A program made the translations under genes and the position numbers. DNA of 53,614 nucleotides. Origin: an uncultured Bacillota bacterium (lineage in GTDB: Bacteria; Bacillota_I; Bacilli_A; RF39; UBA660). Position 1 is the stretch's first letter. The number at the start of each line of letters is the position of its first letter. Shown in pieces: positions 42,218 through 51,890 of this stretch. Location: contig CAMXQX010000002.1 of NCBI GenBank assembly GCA_947246355.1, forward strand, positions 1-53,614, read 5' to 3'. The notes below the pieces were generated by a model, which saw only the letters and a list, made by a program, of their open reading frames with translations, did no database searches and had not been told where the DNA came from.

Positions 42218-42401
42218 AGTATCACCTAAATAAATCATACCACATTTTTGTTATTTTAAAACCTATTTTTACCTTTCTATCTATCGAAAAAACAATAAAA
42301 TAAAATTGTATACATTTTGTTTACAGAGTGAAAGAATATATTTACATTTGTTGTACAATATAATTCTAGAATATGTTATGATATTTTTAGGAAGTGATGT
42401 T

Positions 42402-43094
42402 ATGTTAAAAAATTTAATACTGATCTTGATCGCTATAATACCCATTACCCTTTTACTAAAATATGTTTTTGACAAAGACGCCATTGAAAAAGAACCATTT
42501 CGATTATTACTAAAACTCTTTATTGCGGGTATATTTTCTGCATTAATTGTCATTGCTCTATCTAGGGAATTAAAAATGATATTGCCTATTGATAATCCTT
42601 TTTATACATCCTTTATAGAAATTGCATTTATAGAGGAAATTTGCAAATGGATATTTGTATATATACTCACATGGAAGAACAAAGAATTTGACTATAAATT
42701 TGACGCAATTGTATATTGTATTTTTGTATCTTTAGGATTTGCCTTTATTGAAAACATAGGTTATGCATTTCATTATGGGATTTCGACTAGTTTGCTTCGT
42801 GCTATCATTTCTGTTCCTGGGCATGCTTTCTTTGCCATCTATATGGGATATTTTCTTGGTATGGCAAAAATGTCCTATACCAATTTTGAAAATAAAGAAG
42901 GTTCTATTCATACAATCTACAGTATTTTAATCCCTACATTTCTTCATGGTATATACAACTACTGTTTGCTGGGAAAAAATGATGGATTCTATATTTTGTT
43001 TATTCTATTTATTATCACATTATATATACTGTCTTTTAAAACAATTAATACCTCCTCCCATATGGATATTGCGCTTGAAAATAAGGGACTATGA
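42402..43094 (+). CDS. prsW: PrsW-family intramembrane metalloprotease
   Basis: Start moved to MLKNLIL (AGGAAG RBS). YVFDKDAIEKEP, EEICK (EExxK) and HGIYN (HxxxN) motifs, with multiple TM segments. Confidence 0.75.
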   Translation: MLKNLILILIAIIPITLLLKYVFDKDAIEKEPFRLLLKLFIAGIFSALIVIALSRELKMILPIDNPFYTSFIEIAFIEEICKWIFVYILTWKNKEFDYKFDAIVYCIFVSLGFAFIENIGYAFHYGISTSLLRAIISVPGHAFFAIYMGYFLGMAKMSYTNFENKEGSIHTIYSILIPTFLHGIYNYCLLGKNDGFYILFILFIITLYILSFKTINTSSHMDIALENKGL

Positions 43095-43187
43095 TAAAAG
43101 TTATCGTAGTTCTTTTTTTCGTTTTTTACATTCTCTGTTCAAAATAAATCATTAAAAAAGATAGTTCTTTCTATAGAAACTATCCCT

Positions 43188-44543
43188 TTAATCAAAATCT
43201 TTTCTTATCCTAGCTATATTTTTACATACCTTTCTTTTTTCTTTTGGTGGTATCCCATCTAATAAATTTTCTGTTCTTCGATAAATGATATCATCAAAGA
43301 ACATTCTTGGATAATTACTAAATAAATAATTGAGCACAACAACAATATCTTTATGGTTATAATTTGTACCTATCTCTTCTTCATAAATTGGCAATCTTGT
43401 CATCATCTGTTCTTCTTCTATTTTACCAAGAAGATATGCAAATACTTGCGGTGTAAATGCAATAAGAAAGTCAAGGTATTCTTTTACTTCCTCTTTTCTA
43501 AATGAACTAAGGAAAAGATAATAAAATCCCTTTCCAATCCTTCTCATATATTCTTTCGTATAAAAAACGATATCTTCTATAGGCTGTAGAATATTTATTA
43601 GATGAAGTCCCTTATTGATTACAGCAACTATTTCAGCACGATCATAAAGAGGAGTATCCTTTAGATGTTGTCGCATATAAAGGAGAATTTCCCTTAAATT
43701 ATCTCTTTCCCTTTTTATAATATCTGCATCAATCTCTATTTGTTCTATAAAAGATTGTATGGCTAATATAAAACTATTATGATACACATACCCTCTTGGC
43801 ACTTCATCTAATTCTTTTTTTATGTCCTTAGAGGCTAACATCTTTTTAAGAATAGTAAAAGAATAAAAATTTTCAACTCTTATTAAATCAAATCCTTGTG
43901 GCATTGCATAATTTGTTTTATCTTGAAACAAATGAATATATTTTTCTTTGTTCGCAAAATTGCTTTCTTTTAATATACGAATGATTTTACTTTGTATTCT
44001 TCTATCTTGTATAACTTGTGGGTAATCCAACAACAACTTATTTAAAAAAAAAGGAAAATCTTCATCAATATACATCTTTGCTTCTTTATCACTCATGAAG
44101 AGGGTGTTTAAATATTGAAAATCTTTTTGAATATCTAATCTTAACTGATGCACAGAGATGGCATCAAAATCTTTAGCCGATGCCACTGTAGCATATCTTG
44201 AATCATATTCTCGGTTATACACTTCCATTTCATCTTTCCAATTCTGGTTGCTGATTGCTTCCTTTATCCAATGAAGAATCTCCTTTTCAACTTCATCTTT
44301 AACATAATTTTCTAACAAAGAAGCAAAAGTATATAACCGTTCAACAATGGATATTGGATATATGTTTTTAGAAAGCATGTCATCAACAAAATAACATAAC
44401 CATTGAAGATAACCATTTTGAATATCTACATCTAATAACCCTTCTTCTAAAAGTTTCTCATATTGATTGGAAAAAAGAAGGTATTCTGTAAAATAATAAT
44501 AGTATACTGTATTTTGCATTTTTCTATTTTCACTCTTCTTCAT
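43188..44543 (-). CDS. Hypothetical cytoplasmic protein downstream of lon
   Basis: Start at MKKSEN (AAGGAGAG RBS), overlapping the lon stop by 14 nt. No domain recognised. Confidence 0.6.
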   Translation of the reverse strand: MKKSENRKMQNTVYYYYFTEYLLFSNQYEKLLEEGLLDVDIQNGYLQWLCYFVDDMLSKNIYPISIVERLYTFASLLENYVKDEVEKEILHWIKEAISNQNWKDEMEVYNREYDSRYATVASAKDFDAISVHQLRLDIQKDFQYLNTLFMSDKEAKMYIDEDFPFFLNKLLLDYPQVIQDRRIQSKIIRILKESNFANKEKYIHLFQDKTNYAMPQGFDLIRVENFYSFTILKKMLASKDIKKELDEVPRGYVYHNSFILAIQSFIEQIEIDADIIKRERDNLREILLYMRQHLKDTPLYDRAEIVAVINKGLHLINILQPIEDIVFYTKEYMRRIGKGFYYLFLSSFRKEEVKEYLDFLIAFTPQVFAYLLGKIEEEQMMTRLPIYEEEIGTNYNHKDIVVVLNYLFSNYPRMFFDDIIYRRTENLLDGIPPKEKRKVCKNIARIRKDFD

Positions 44544-46878
44544 ACACTCTCTCCTTTTCAACCATAAAAACATAATTAAAAACTTCTTTATAATTTTTAA
44601 CAGGTATAAAAGTAATATCTTCTCTTACTTCTAAAGGAATATCCAAAACGTCTACTAAATTGTCTTTAGGAATGAAAATTTCTTTGATCCCATTTCGATG
44701 TGCTCCAATTGTCTTTTCCTTTAAGCCCCCTATTTTTAAGACATCACCATGAAGTGTAATCTCCCCCGTCATAGCAATTTTTCTATCTACTTTCTTATTG
44801 GTAAAACTACTAATTATAGCCGTTGTAAGGGCAATCCCAGCACTAGGTCCTTCCTTCTTTACCGCCCCTTCTGGTACATGAATATGAATATCATTTTCTT
44901 CTAAATCCTTGTAATTTATTCCAAATTTTTTATAATTTGCCTTTACATAATCAAGAGCAATGGTCGCACTTTCCTGCATAACCTCCCCCATAGAACCCGT
45001 CAAAATGAAATTACCCTTGCCTTTAAAATAAGTAACTTCTATTTTTTGAATGTCTCCACCATAGTAAGTATAAGAAAGCCCATTCACTACACCACTTTCA
45101 TTTGCCTTGGCTGCCTTTGAAAAATGATAGATTTCCTTTCCTAGAAATTGCTCTATTTTTTTATTATCAATAATATATTTATTCACAACTATCTTTTTAA
45201 TAACCAGTTGTGTTACAATCTTACGTACAATTTTTGCAAGTTGTCTTTCTAGTTCTCTTACCCCACTTTCCCTTGTATAAAAACGGATAATTTTTAAAAT
45301 AGCATCATCACTTATCTTAATTCCTGCTACATTTACACCATGTTCCTTACAAATCCTTGGAAGAAGATATTTTCTTCCTATTTCTAATTTTTCATATTCT
45401 GTATATCCAGATAAATGAATAAGTTCAAAACGGTCTTTCAATGCCTCTGGAATTTGTTCTACATAGTTGGCTGTTGTAATAAATACAACTTTTGATAAAT
45501 CAAATTCTTCTTCTATATAATTGTCACTAAAATATTTATTTTGTTCTGGGTCCAAAATTTCTAGTAAAGTACTTGCAGGATCTCCTTTATAATCCTTTGT
45601 CATTTTATCAATTTCATCAATTAAAAATACAGGGTTCTTACTCTTGGCTTTTTTTATTCCTTGCATGATTCTCCCTGGAGAGGAGCCTAAATAGGTTCTA
45701 CGATGTCCAACAATTTCTGCTTCATCATTGATACCTCCAACAGATATTTTCACGAATTTTCGGTTCATTGCCTCGGCTATTGAAAACGCAAGAGAAGTTT
45801 TTCCAACCCCAGGAGGGCCTACTAAGCAAAGAATAGGACTTTTTAAATTTCCTTTCATCTGCTTTACAGCTAAATATTCAATAATCCGCTCTTTCGCCTT
45901 TTCTAGTCCATTATGCGTTCGATCTAAAATAAGACGTGCCTCTTCTAAATTATCGTTATCAACTGTCTCTTCCTCCCAAGGTAAATCCAAAAGCCAATCA
46001 ATATAATTTCTTATAATATTTACCTCTGGTGACAATTGCGACATAGCTTCAAATCTTTTAATTTCGTCCAAAAGACGTTCTTTTACTTTCTCATTTGCCC
46101 GCAATTTTTCTAATTTCTTCTTTAAAAATGTAACTTCATCTTCTTTTATAGTCGTTTCTTTTAATTCTTGCTTTATACTTTTTAATTTCTCTTTTAATAA
46201 AAATTCTCTCTGATTTTCGTCAATCGTCTTCTTTACTTTCGCGTCTAGTTCTCTTTCTAATTTAAAGTTTTCTTGTTCTAAATATAAATCAGAAAGAACC
46301 ATTTCTAATCTTGTACATACTTTTTCCTCATTTAAAAAAGCAAGCATTCTTTCTTTTGCAATATTTAAACTAAAAGCCACTACATCAATTAATTTCTCTA
46401 AGGAGATTTCTTCTTTAAAAGAGGAAAGTATACTATTATTCGCATACGGAACAAGATCAATATAATTCTTCACTTCTTCCTTTAATTTCTTAATATAGAA
46501 CGCTTCCCTTTGCTTTTCAATCTGCTCCGCTGAAATGGGTTCTATAATGGATTCTAGCATATTCTGTGTACTTGCATAAGTTAAATATTCTAATACCTTT
46601 GCTCTTTGAATTCCAGTAAGTAAAAGACGTATTTTTCCATTTGGCAAATCTATCTTATGACTAATACTTGCTATAATTCCCTTTTTAGGAAGCTTTTTGA
46701 TATCATCGGTCTCCTCTAATTCATTTTCCTTTATAACAATCAGTACTTTATTTTCGTGAAACAGTTCTGCTACATCCAATATACTTTTATGGTAATCGTT
46801 ATCAAATTCTATTCTTAAATCACAATTTGGAAGAAGAACAATTCCTTTTAAAATAACAACTGGTAAATTATTTTTCAT
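44530..46878 (-). CDS. lon: ATP-dependent Lon protease (LonA)
   Basis: 782 aa. LON N-domain LPVVILKGIVLLP, Walker A GPPGVGKTS, and protease Ser box EGPSAGIA. Confidence 0.9.
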   Translation of the reverse strand: MKNNLPVVILKGIVLLPNCDLRIEFDNDYHKSILDVAELFHENKVLIVIKENELEETDDIKKLPKKGIIASISHKIDLPNGKIRLLLTGIQRAKVLEYLTYASTQNMLESIIEPISAEQIEKQREAFYIKKLKEEVKNYIDLVPYANNSILSSFKEEISLEKLIDVVAFSLNIAKERMLAFLNEEKVCTRLEMVLSDLYLEQENFKLERELDAKVKKTIDENQREFLLKEKLKSIKQELKETTIKEDEVTFLKKKLEKLRANEKVKERLLDEIKRFEAMSQLSPEVNIIRNYIDWLLDLPWEEETVDNDNLEEARLILDRTHNGLEKAKERIIEYLAVKQMKGNLKSPILCLVGPPGVGKTSLAFSIAEAMNRKFVKISVGGINDEAEIVGHRRTYLGSSPGRIMQGIKKAKSKNPVFLIDEIDKMTKDYKGDPASTLLEILDPEQNKYFSDNYIEEEFDLSKVVFITTANYVEQIPEALKDRFELIHLSGYTEYEKLEIGRKYLLPRICKEHGVNVAGIKISDDAILKIIRFYTRESGVRELERQLAKIVRKIVTQLVIKKIVVNKYIIDNKKIEQFLGKEIYHFSKAAKANESGVVNGLSYTYYGGDIQKIEVTYFKGKGNFILTGSMGEVMQESATIALDYVKANYKKFGINYKDLEENDIHIHVPEGAVKKEGPSAGIALTTAIISSFTNKKVDRKIAMTGEITLHGDVLKIGGLKEKTIGAHRNGIKEIFIPKDNLVDVLDIPLEVREDITFIPVKNYKEVFNYVFMVEKERVYEEE

Positions 46879-46904
46879 GTACTGCCTCCTTCAAATTGTT
46901 TCCT

Positions 46905-46913
46905 ATTATAACA
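46905..46913 (-). promoter_or_regulatory. Extended -10 (TGTTATAAT) upstream of lon
   Basis: Read on the minus strand, 27 nt upstream of the ATG. Confidence 0.35.
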
Positions 46914-47099
46914 CAGTGTTGTCAAATTTCCTCCCTTTTTTTTCAAATTTTAAAAAAAATCAGTGTATTGTCTACACTAATTTAAGTACAATTTTGTAGG
47001 AAAATGCATTTCTATTAAAGTTACACTGGCTATATTGAATGGGTTTCTACAATATCCTTTTATTCACTCCATGTGTTTTTTCTTCTAAAAAGTACCTTT

Positions 47100-47903
47100 C
47101 TATTTTAACAAGAAGAAAAGAAGAAGAAAAACAATGGTCACTAGAGGTATACCAATAAGGAGCAGCTTCTTTTTTTTATCAAGATTTATATTAAAATCAT
47201 TTTTATCGTATAACCCTTCGAAGTCTTTACTATCCATATTTAAACTTGATGTATAAAAGGAGTTGTCCATTTTCTTTTCTTCCTTTTCTCTTTGGTTCTT
47301 TTCGTCAATCCTTTTAGCTTCTTCTAAAAGAGAAGTAATAGAAGTTTTTATAGTAGAAGCCGCTTTTTCTGGAGAAGCCAAATCTGCAAACATATTTAGA
47401 CTAAGCTGCTCATCATCTAAGCTTCTTAACATAGCGGTATTAGAAAGGATATCTTTTTTGTTTAAGGAAGGTTCTACTTGTTCTTCCTTTTTTCTTTCTC
47501 TATCTATTTTCAACTGCTTTAAAATTTGATAACTTGTATCATCCAATGTATGATACGCAGAATTCGTTTTTCCTGTATTGATCTTTTCTAATTCGTCTTT
47601 AATGTCATAACTCCTCGTTTGTTCCGTTTTTTCCTCGTTCACTGAAATACTTTCATTCTTACGTTCATCTAGAATTCTTTGGTATTCCCTTTGTCTTTTA
47701 TAATCTTCTCTACTTTTTAACATTTTTTTTATTTTTGAAATATCAATCTCATTTGTTTTGTCTAAAGGAGCGACTGCCGCAATATTACTATATTCTTCTA
47801 CATCGTCAATGGTATATACCTCATCATAAAGTTCTCGATTCTTTTCACTTCGTTTTGAAACTTTTTTATTTGTCTTATAATATCTTTCCATCCTACTATT
47901 CAC
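47100..47903 (-). CDS. Tail-anchored K/E-rich protein, MxSRMERYY family, paralogue B
   Basis: GTG start proposed (AAGGTGG + 6 nt), giving MNSRMERYY, parallel to paralogue A. C-terminal TM LLLIGIPLVTIVFLLLFFLL. Confidence 0.55.
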   Translation of the reverse strand: MNSRMERYYKTNKKVSKRSEKNRELYDEVYTIDDVEEYSNIAAVAPLDKTNEIDISKIKKMLKSREDYKRQREYQRILDERKNESISVNEEKTEQTRSYDIKDELEKINTGKTNSAYHTLDDTSYQILKQLKIDRERKKEEQVEPSLNKKDILSNTAMLRSLDDEQLSLNMFADLASPEKAASTIKTSITSLLEEAKRIDEKNQREKEEKKMDNSFYTSSLNMDSKDFEGLYDKNDFNINLDKKKKLLLIGIPLVTIVFLLLFFLLK

Positions 47904-48010
47904 AAACAACCACCTTATATTCATCATATCATAAATTCTATTCATTTAAAACATTTTCCCTTGCAATAAAAACTTTTTTTTCCTATAATGGTAGTGAGGG
48001 AGTTGAATTT

Positions 48011-48223
48011 ATGAAAAAAGTAATTGTGGATAAGGAAAGATGTATTCGCTGTGGAGCTTGTGTTGGGATTTGTCCCAAGGTCTATACTTTTACAGAAGAA
48101 GATGACGTAGAGACAAAGAATGGAGAAAATATCTTAGATGAAATGTCTGAAGAAGTAAAAGAGGCTGCTATTGAAGCTCTTCATGGATGCCCTGTAGAAG
48201 CCATTCAAGAAGTAGAAGAATAA
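48011..48223 (+). CDS. fer: 4Fe-4S ferredoxin
   Basis: 70 aa. CIRCGACVGICP...CP cluster motif, GAGGGAG RBS. The upstream part of the 162-aa ORF is rejected. Confidence 0.8.
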   Translation: MKKVIVDKERCIRCGACVGICPKVYTFTEEDDVETKNGENILDEMSEEVKEAAIEALHGCPVEAIQEVEE

Positions 48224-48234
48224 TTTTATGACTT

Positions 48235-48259
48235 AAAAAACGACTACTTGTCGTTTTTT
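48235..48259. terminator. Bidirectional terminator between fer and rluB
   Basis: AAAAAACGAC / TACTT / GTCGTTTTTT, a perfect 10-bp stem. Confidence 0.65.
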
Positions 48260-48969
48260 GTTGCTTCAAAATAGAGTTTTTTTACCTCTTTTGGTGATAG
48301 TTTACGATAAGAACCGGCCTTTAAATCATCGACGCGAAGAAAACAAAATTGATCCCTTCTTAATTTTAGAACCGTATAACCAATCGCTTCAAACATTTTC
48401 TTTACTTGATGATTTTTTCCTTCATGGATGCAGAGTTCAACAAGAGAAGTATCTGTTTTTTTATCATATTTTTTTACTCTTACCTTGGCTTTGGCGGTTT
48501 TTACTCCATCAAGCATTACGCCATTTTGAAGTAGACTTACTTGCTTTTTCCCAACCAAACCTTTTACTTTGGCAATATATATTTTATCTATACTGTTTCT
48601 AGGATGAATTAATAAATTCGTTAATTCTCCATCATTTGTAAGCAGTAACACACCTGTTGTATCATAATCAAGTCTTCCTACAGGATAAATTCTTTTCGTC
48701 GTTGCAATGAAATCCGTAACCGTTTTTCGCCCTAATTCATCATTTGTAGAAGTTATAATTCCTCTTGGTTTATTTAATAAATAATACTCTTTTTCCTCAT
48801 TTTTTAGGATATAGCCTTCTACAGCAATGGTGTCCCTAGAAGTGACTCTGACTCCCATTTCTCGTACAACTTGTCCATTGACTTTTACTTTTCCTGCTTG
48901 GATCAACTCTTCTGCTTTTCTTCTTGATGTATACCCACTATTTGCAATTACCTTTTGCAGTCTTTCCAT
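48244..48969 (-). CDS. rluB: 23S rRNA pseudouridine synthase, RsuA/RluB family
   Basis: S4 domain (RLQKVIANSGYTSRRKAEELIQAGKVKVNG) and the catalytic motif GRLDYDTTGVLLLTNDG. Confidence 0.85.
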   Translation of the reverse strand: MERLQKVIANSGYTSRRKAEELIQAGKVKVNGQVVREMGVRVTSRDTIAVEGYILKNEEKEYYLLNKPRGIITSTNDELGRKTVTDFIATTKRIYPVGRLDYDTTGVLLLTNDGELTNLLIHPRNSIDKIYIAKVKGLVGKKQVSLLQNGVMLDGVKTAKAKVRVKKYDKKTDTSLVELCIHEGKNHQVKKMFEAIGYTVLKLRRDQFCFLRVDDLKAGSYRKLSPKEVKKLYFEATKNDK

Positions 48970-49000
48970 TTTTGATCACCCTTTTTACCCATTATATAGA

Positions 49001-49028
49001 AAAAAAATAGAAATTGCAATTTCTATTT
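49001..49028 (-). terminator. Intrinsic terminator after the DUF4026/DUF2314-like gene
   Basis: Palindrome AAATAGAAATTG/CAATTTCTATTT, followed by a T-run on the minus strand. Confidence 0.6.
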
Positions 49029-50288
49029 CATCAAAAGATAAGCTGTTCCTGGAGTTACTGGAAAAGAGGGGGTATAGATTGTCCAATCGGTTACATCTTG
49101 GACGGTATACCAACCTATATCTCCTTCATGCATGTTTTCTACATCATAAGGTTCTTGGGTTAATCTTGCTTTAAATCGATCTCCTTCGAATGCAAGAAGT
49201 TCAAACCATATGTGTTCAAATTGACTCTCATTGTCAACAGGAAGGCCAATTTTAATGATAATCTTATTCTCTTTGTTATTAAATGCCTCCTTTACAAAAG
49301 AAAAACGTTCCATCGCTAATTCTTTCATACGAGCAGTTTCTTCATTGCTTATAAAAAACAGGGGGTTGTTATTCCAAAAATCATTGAATATAGAAATTTT
49401 AGAACGTTTTTTCTTTTTTTCATCCTCTCCGTTTTTATAAAGAAAAATAATACTCGTTCTACTGTTATGTCCATCTTGTCTATCTTCAATTCCCCCTAAG
49501 GTAATCTCTTTATATTCGCTTAAACCTTCGGTCCATGGAAGATACGTTACTACAATGGGCTGTCCATTTAATAATGCACCAATATAAGCACTTCCCTCAA
49601 ATTCTATCTTTTTATCGATAAGGTAACTTGCAAATGTGGTAATAAGTTCATAATGGCTATTATAATTTTCCTTATTTGAATTTAAAACTTCAAGTTCTGT
49701 AAGATCACATCGACAAAGTCCATGCGTATGTAACCATACTTCTCCATTTTCAGCTGTTACTGCGTGAACTGTATACAAATCTTTCGATCCTGGCAAAATT
49801 TTCGATTTTGCTGTCATTTCTACCCAAGCTTTTGGAAGGAGTTTCTCTGCACTTTCATCCATAACTCCAATTAGATTAGGGACCATAGCTACAGCCAACT
49901 TTAACTGTAAATGGTAAGATTTTTTGGCATCTTTATTAAATTTCATAAACAGGGTCAAAGAAGCTTTTGCATTTTTAAATTCTTCCTTTTCTCCTTTTGA
50001 AAAATAATAATTTGGATCATCCAAATAGAAATTTGGTAAAGAAAAACTCGATGGATAATAACCAATTTCAAAGTCCTCGTTTTCATAATTGATTTTCATT
50101 CTACCTACTTCTTGCTCGGTTAAGGCCGTCTTTTCTTTAATTTCTACACCTTCTATTTGAGCAACACGATCAACGATGCCATCTAATAAAGTTCTTGTCG
50201 CTTCCTTGGGAATGATTATCATATAAGATTCTTTTTCCCAATACCCTAAAGGTGCTTCTTTTAATTCTTTCTCTTTCTCAAAATGCAT
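49023..50288 (-). CDS. DUF4026 + DUF2314-like two-domain protein
   Basis: Start at MHFEKE (AAAGGAGGA RBS). The C-terminal HIWFELLAFEGDRFKARLTQEP pattern resembles DUF2314. Confidence 0.55.
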   Translation of the reverse strand: MHFEKEKELKEAPLGYWEKESYMIIIPKEATRTLLDGIVDRVAQIEGVEIKEKTALTEQEVGRMKINYENEDFEIGYYPSSFSLPNFYLDDPNYYFSKGEKEEFKNAKASLTLFMKFNKDAKKSYHLQLKLAVAMVPNLIGVMDESAEKLLPKAWVEMTAKSKILPGSKDLYTVHAVTAENGEVWLHTHGLCRCDLTELEVLNSNKENYNSHYELITTFASYLIDKKIEFEGSAYIGALLNGQPIVVTYLPWTEGLSEYKEITLGGIEDRQDGHNSRTSIIFLYKNGEDEKKKKRSKISIFNDFWNNNPLFFISNEETARMKELAMERFSFVKEAFNNKENKIIIKIGLPVDNESQFEHIWFELLAFEGDRFKARLTQEPYDVENMHEGDIGWYTVQDVTDWTIYTPSFPVTPGTAYLLMK

Positions 50289-50419
50289 ATTGTTATCCTC
50301 CTTTTCGTCATCTATTCCAATTAGCATCCTAATTCTTCTATCATCTTTGGAAATTTTTTCTCTTTTTAATTCTTTACCACTATATCCAATAAATCATTGG
50401 CTAAGTAAAATTCTATCAT

Positions 50420-50743
50420 TTATGAACTATGGAGGAAAATTTGATTACAAATAAGGAGAAGAATCAATAAAATAGGGATAATAATACAGATTTGCAAAAT
50501 AAGATCCATCTTAGTAAAGGAAGTAGATAAAAAAATAAAATTTTTTTTCGATTGTTCCCCTATTTTTTTTAACTCACTTCGTAGTGGTTTACTCCTTTTT
50601 CTTTTTTCCTTTTCCTCTTTTTTGGTACTTCTTCCCCATTCCATATTTTGTATAGTTGCCTTGCTTTTTTCCTCCAATGCAGACTTACTACTTTTTTTCA
50701 ATGCTTCTACTTTTTCTTTCGAAGTTATTTTCTTTTTATCCAT
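50420..50743 (-). CDS. Small tail-anchored K/E/S-rich protein
   Basis: 107 aa with a single C-terminal TM helix. Confidence 0.5.
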   Translation of the reverse strand: MDKKKITSKEKVEALKKSSKSALEEKSKATIQNMEWGRSTKKEEKEKRKRSKPLRSELKKIGEQSKKNFIFLSTSFTKMDLILQICIIIPILLILLLICNQIFLHSS

Positions 50744-50790
50744 AAAATACCCTCACATCAATACCATTTTAACACGGTCTTTTTTCTTTT

Positions 50791-51318
50791 TCAAGGTGCG
50801 AAAAAAAAATGAGCAACAATAAAAGCTGCAAGAATACCTGCTAAATCAGCAAGCAAACCTGCGAAAAGGGAATAGCGGATTTTTTTAATCCCAATACTTC
50901 CAAAATAAAGCGTAAGTACATAAAAAGTGGTATCCGTAGATCCTTGAATGATACTCGCTAAATTTCCAACAAAGCTGTCAGGATGAAAGGTAGCTAGAAT
51001 TGTATTTAAAAGAGCAAGGGAAGAAGAACCAGAAATAGGACGCATTATAGCAAGAGTTACGATTTCAATGGGAATCCGTAAAAACTGAAGGAAAGGATTT
51101 AAAAAAGATAACAGAAACTCCAAAAATCCACTTTTCATAAGAAGATTGATCCCAAAAACCATCGCTAACATAGAAGGAAACATCGTTAAAATCATAGGAA
51201 AACTTTCCTTCGCGCCTTCAACAAAAGAATCATATACCTCTGTTTTTTTTAAAATTCCATAAAAAACAACAAAAAGAACCATGCAAGGAATAATGAGATT
51301 TGAAATCGTTTCCATCAA
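50791..51318 (-). CDS. spmB: Spore maturation protein B
   Basis: 175-aa polytopic membrane protein in the conserved dacB-spmA-spmB order. Confidence 0.8.
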   Translation of the reverse strand: MMETISNLIIPCMVLFVVFYGILKKTEVYDSFVEGAKESFPMILTMFPSMLAMVFGINLLMKSGFLEFLLSFLNPFLQFLRIPIEIVTLAIMRPISGSSSLALLNTILATFHPDSFVGNLASIIQGSTDTTFYVLTLYFGSIGIKKIRYSLFAGLLADLAGILAAFIVAHFFFAP

Positions 51319-51890
51319 TGCCTCCTTGAAAAAAGATAATTAAAGAAAAGACCTACAGCTGTTGAGACAAATGTAGCAATTAAGCAGGGAAGAACAATAG
51401 CAGTTGGATTTGTACTTTTATAAAGAATACGAAGGGATAAAATAGTTGTTGGAATAATAGTTAATCCACTCGTATTTAATACCAAAAAAGTGATCATACT
51501 CTTACTTGCTGTATCCTTTTTGTCATTTAATTTTTGTAACGATTGCATCGCTTTTAGTCCAAAAGGGGTAGCTGCATTTCCAAGTCCAAACATATTGCAA
51601 ATGACATTGGAGGCGATATAACTTAAAGATTCGTGGTTTTTAGGAATTTCTGGAAACAAGTATTTGAGAATTTTAGAAATTTGTTTGGATAGTTTTTTAA
51701 GTAAACCCGAATCTTCGGCTATTTTCATAATTCCAAGCCATAAAGCCATCACAGGAAAAATTTTTAAAATCATAGAGAATGCTGTATCTGCACTTAACAA
51801 AATTTCTTCATTTAGTATATCAAGTTTCCCTGTAAAAATACAGAAAATGACACCGCAAAGGATAAAGAACGCCCAAATTTTGTTTACCAT
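51315..51890 (-). CDS. spmA: Spore maturation protein A
   Basis: 191-aa polytopic membrane protein (nucleoside-recognition-type) with 4-nt overlaps to its neighbours. Confidence 0.8.
   Translation of the reverse strand: MVNKIWAFFILCGVIFCIFTGKLDILNEEILLSADTAFSMILKIFPVMALWLGIMKIAEDSGLLKKLSKQISKILKYLFPEIPKNHESLSYIASNVICNMFGLGNAATPFGLKAMQSLQKLNDKKDTASKSMITFLVLNTSGLTIIPTTILSLRILYKSTNPTAIVLPCLIATFVSTAVGLFFNYLFSRRH

Noticed and set aside
42281-42553. 90-aa minus-strand ORF and the 32-codon upstream extension of the prsW ORF
   Set aside because: The PrsW homology begins at MLKNLIL (42402), which has an RBS. The antisense ORF has no support.
46920-46925. TTGACA upstream of lon, as a possible -35 box
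   Set aside because: It is only 9 nt from the TATAAT, too close to serve as a -35. Only the extended -10 is reported, at low confidence.
47735-48010. Upstream 92 codons of the 162-aa ORF containing the ferredoxin
   Set aside because: This part is antisense to the tail-anchored paralogue B gene. The ferredoxin starts at 48011 with its own RBS.
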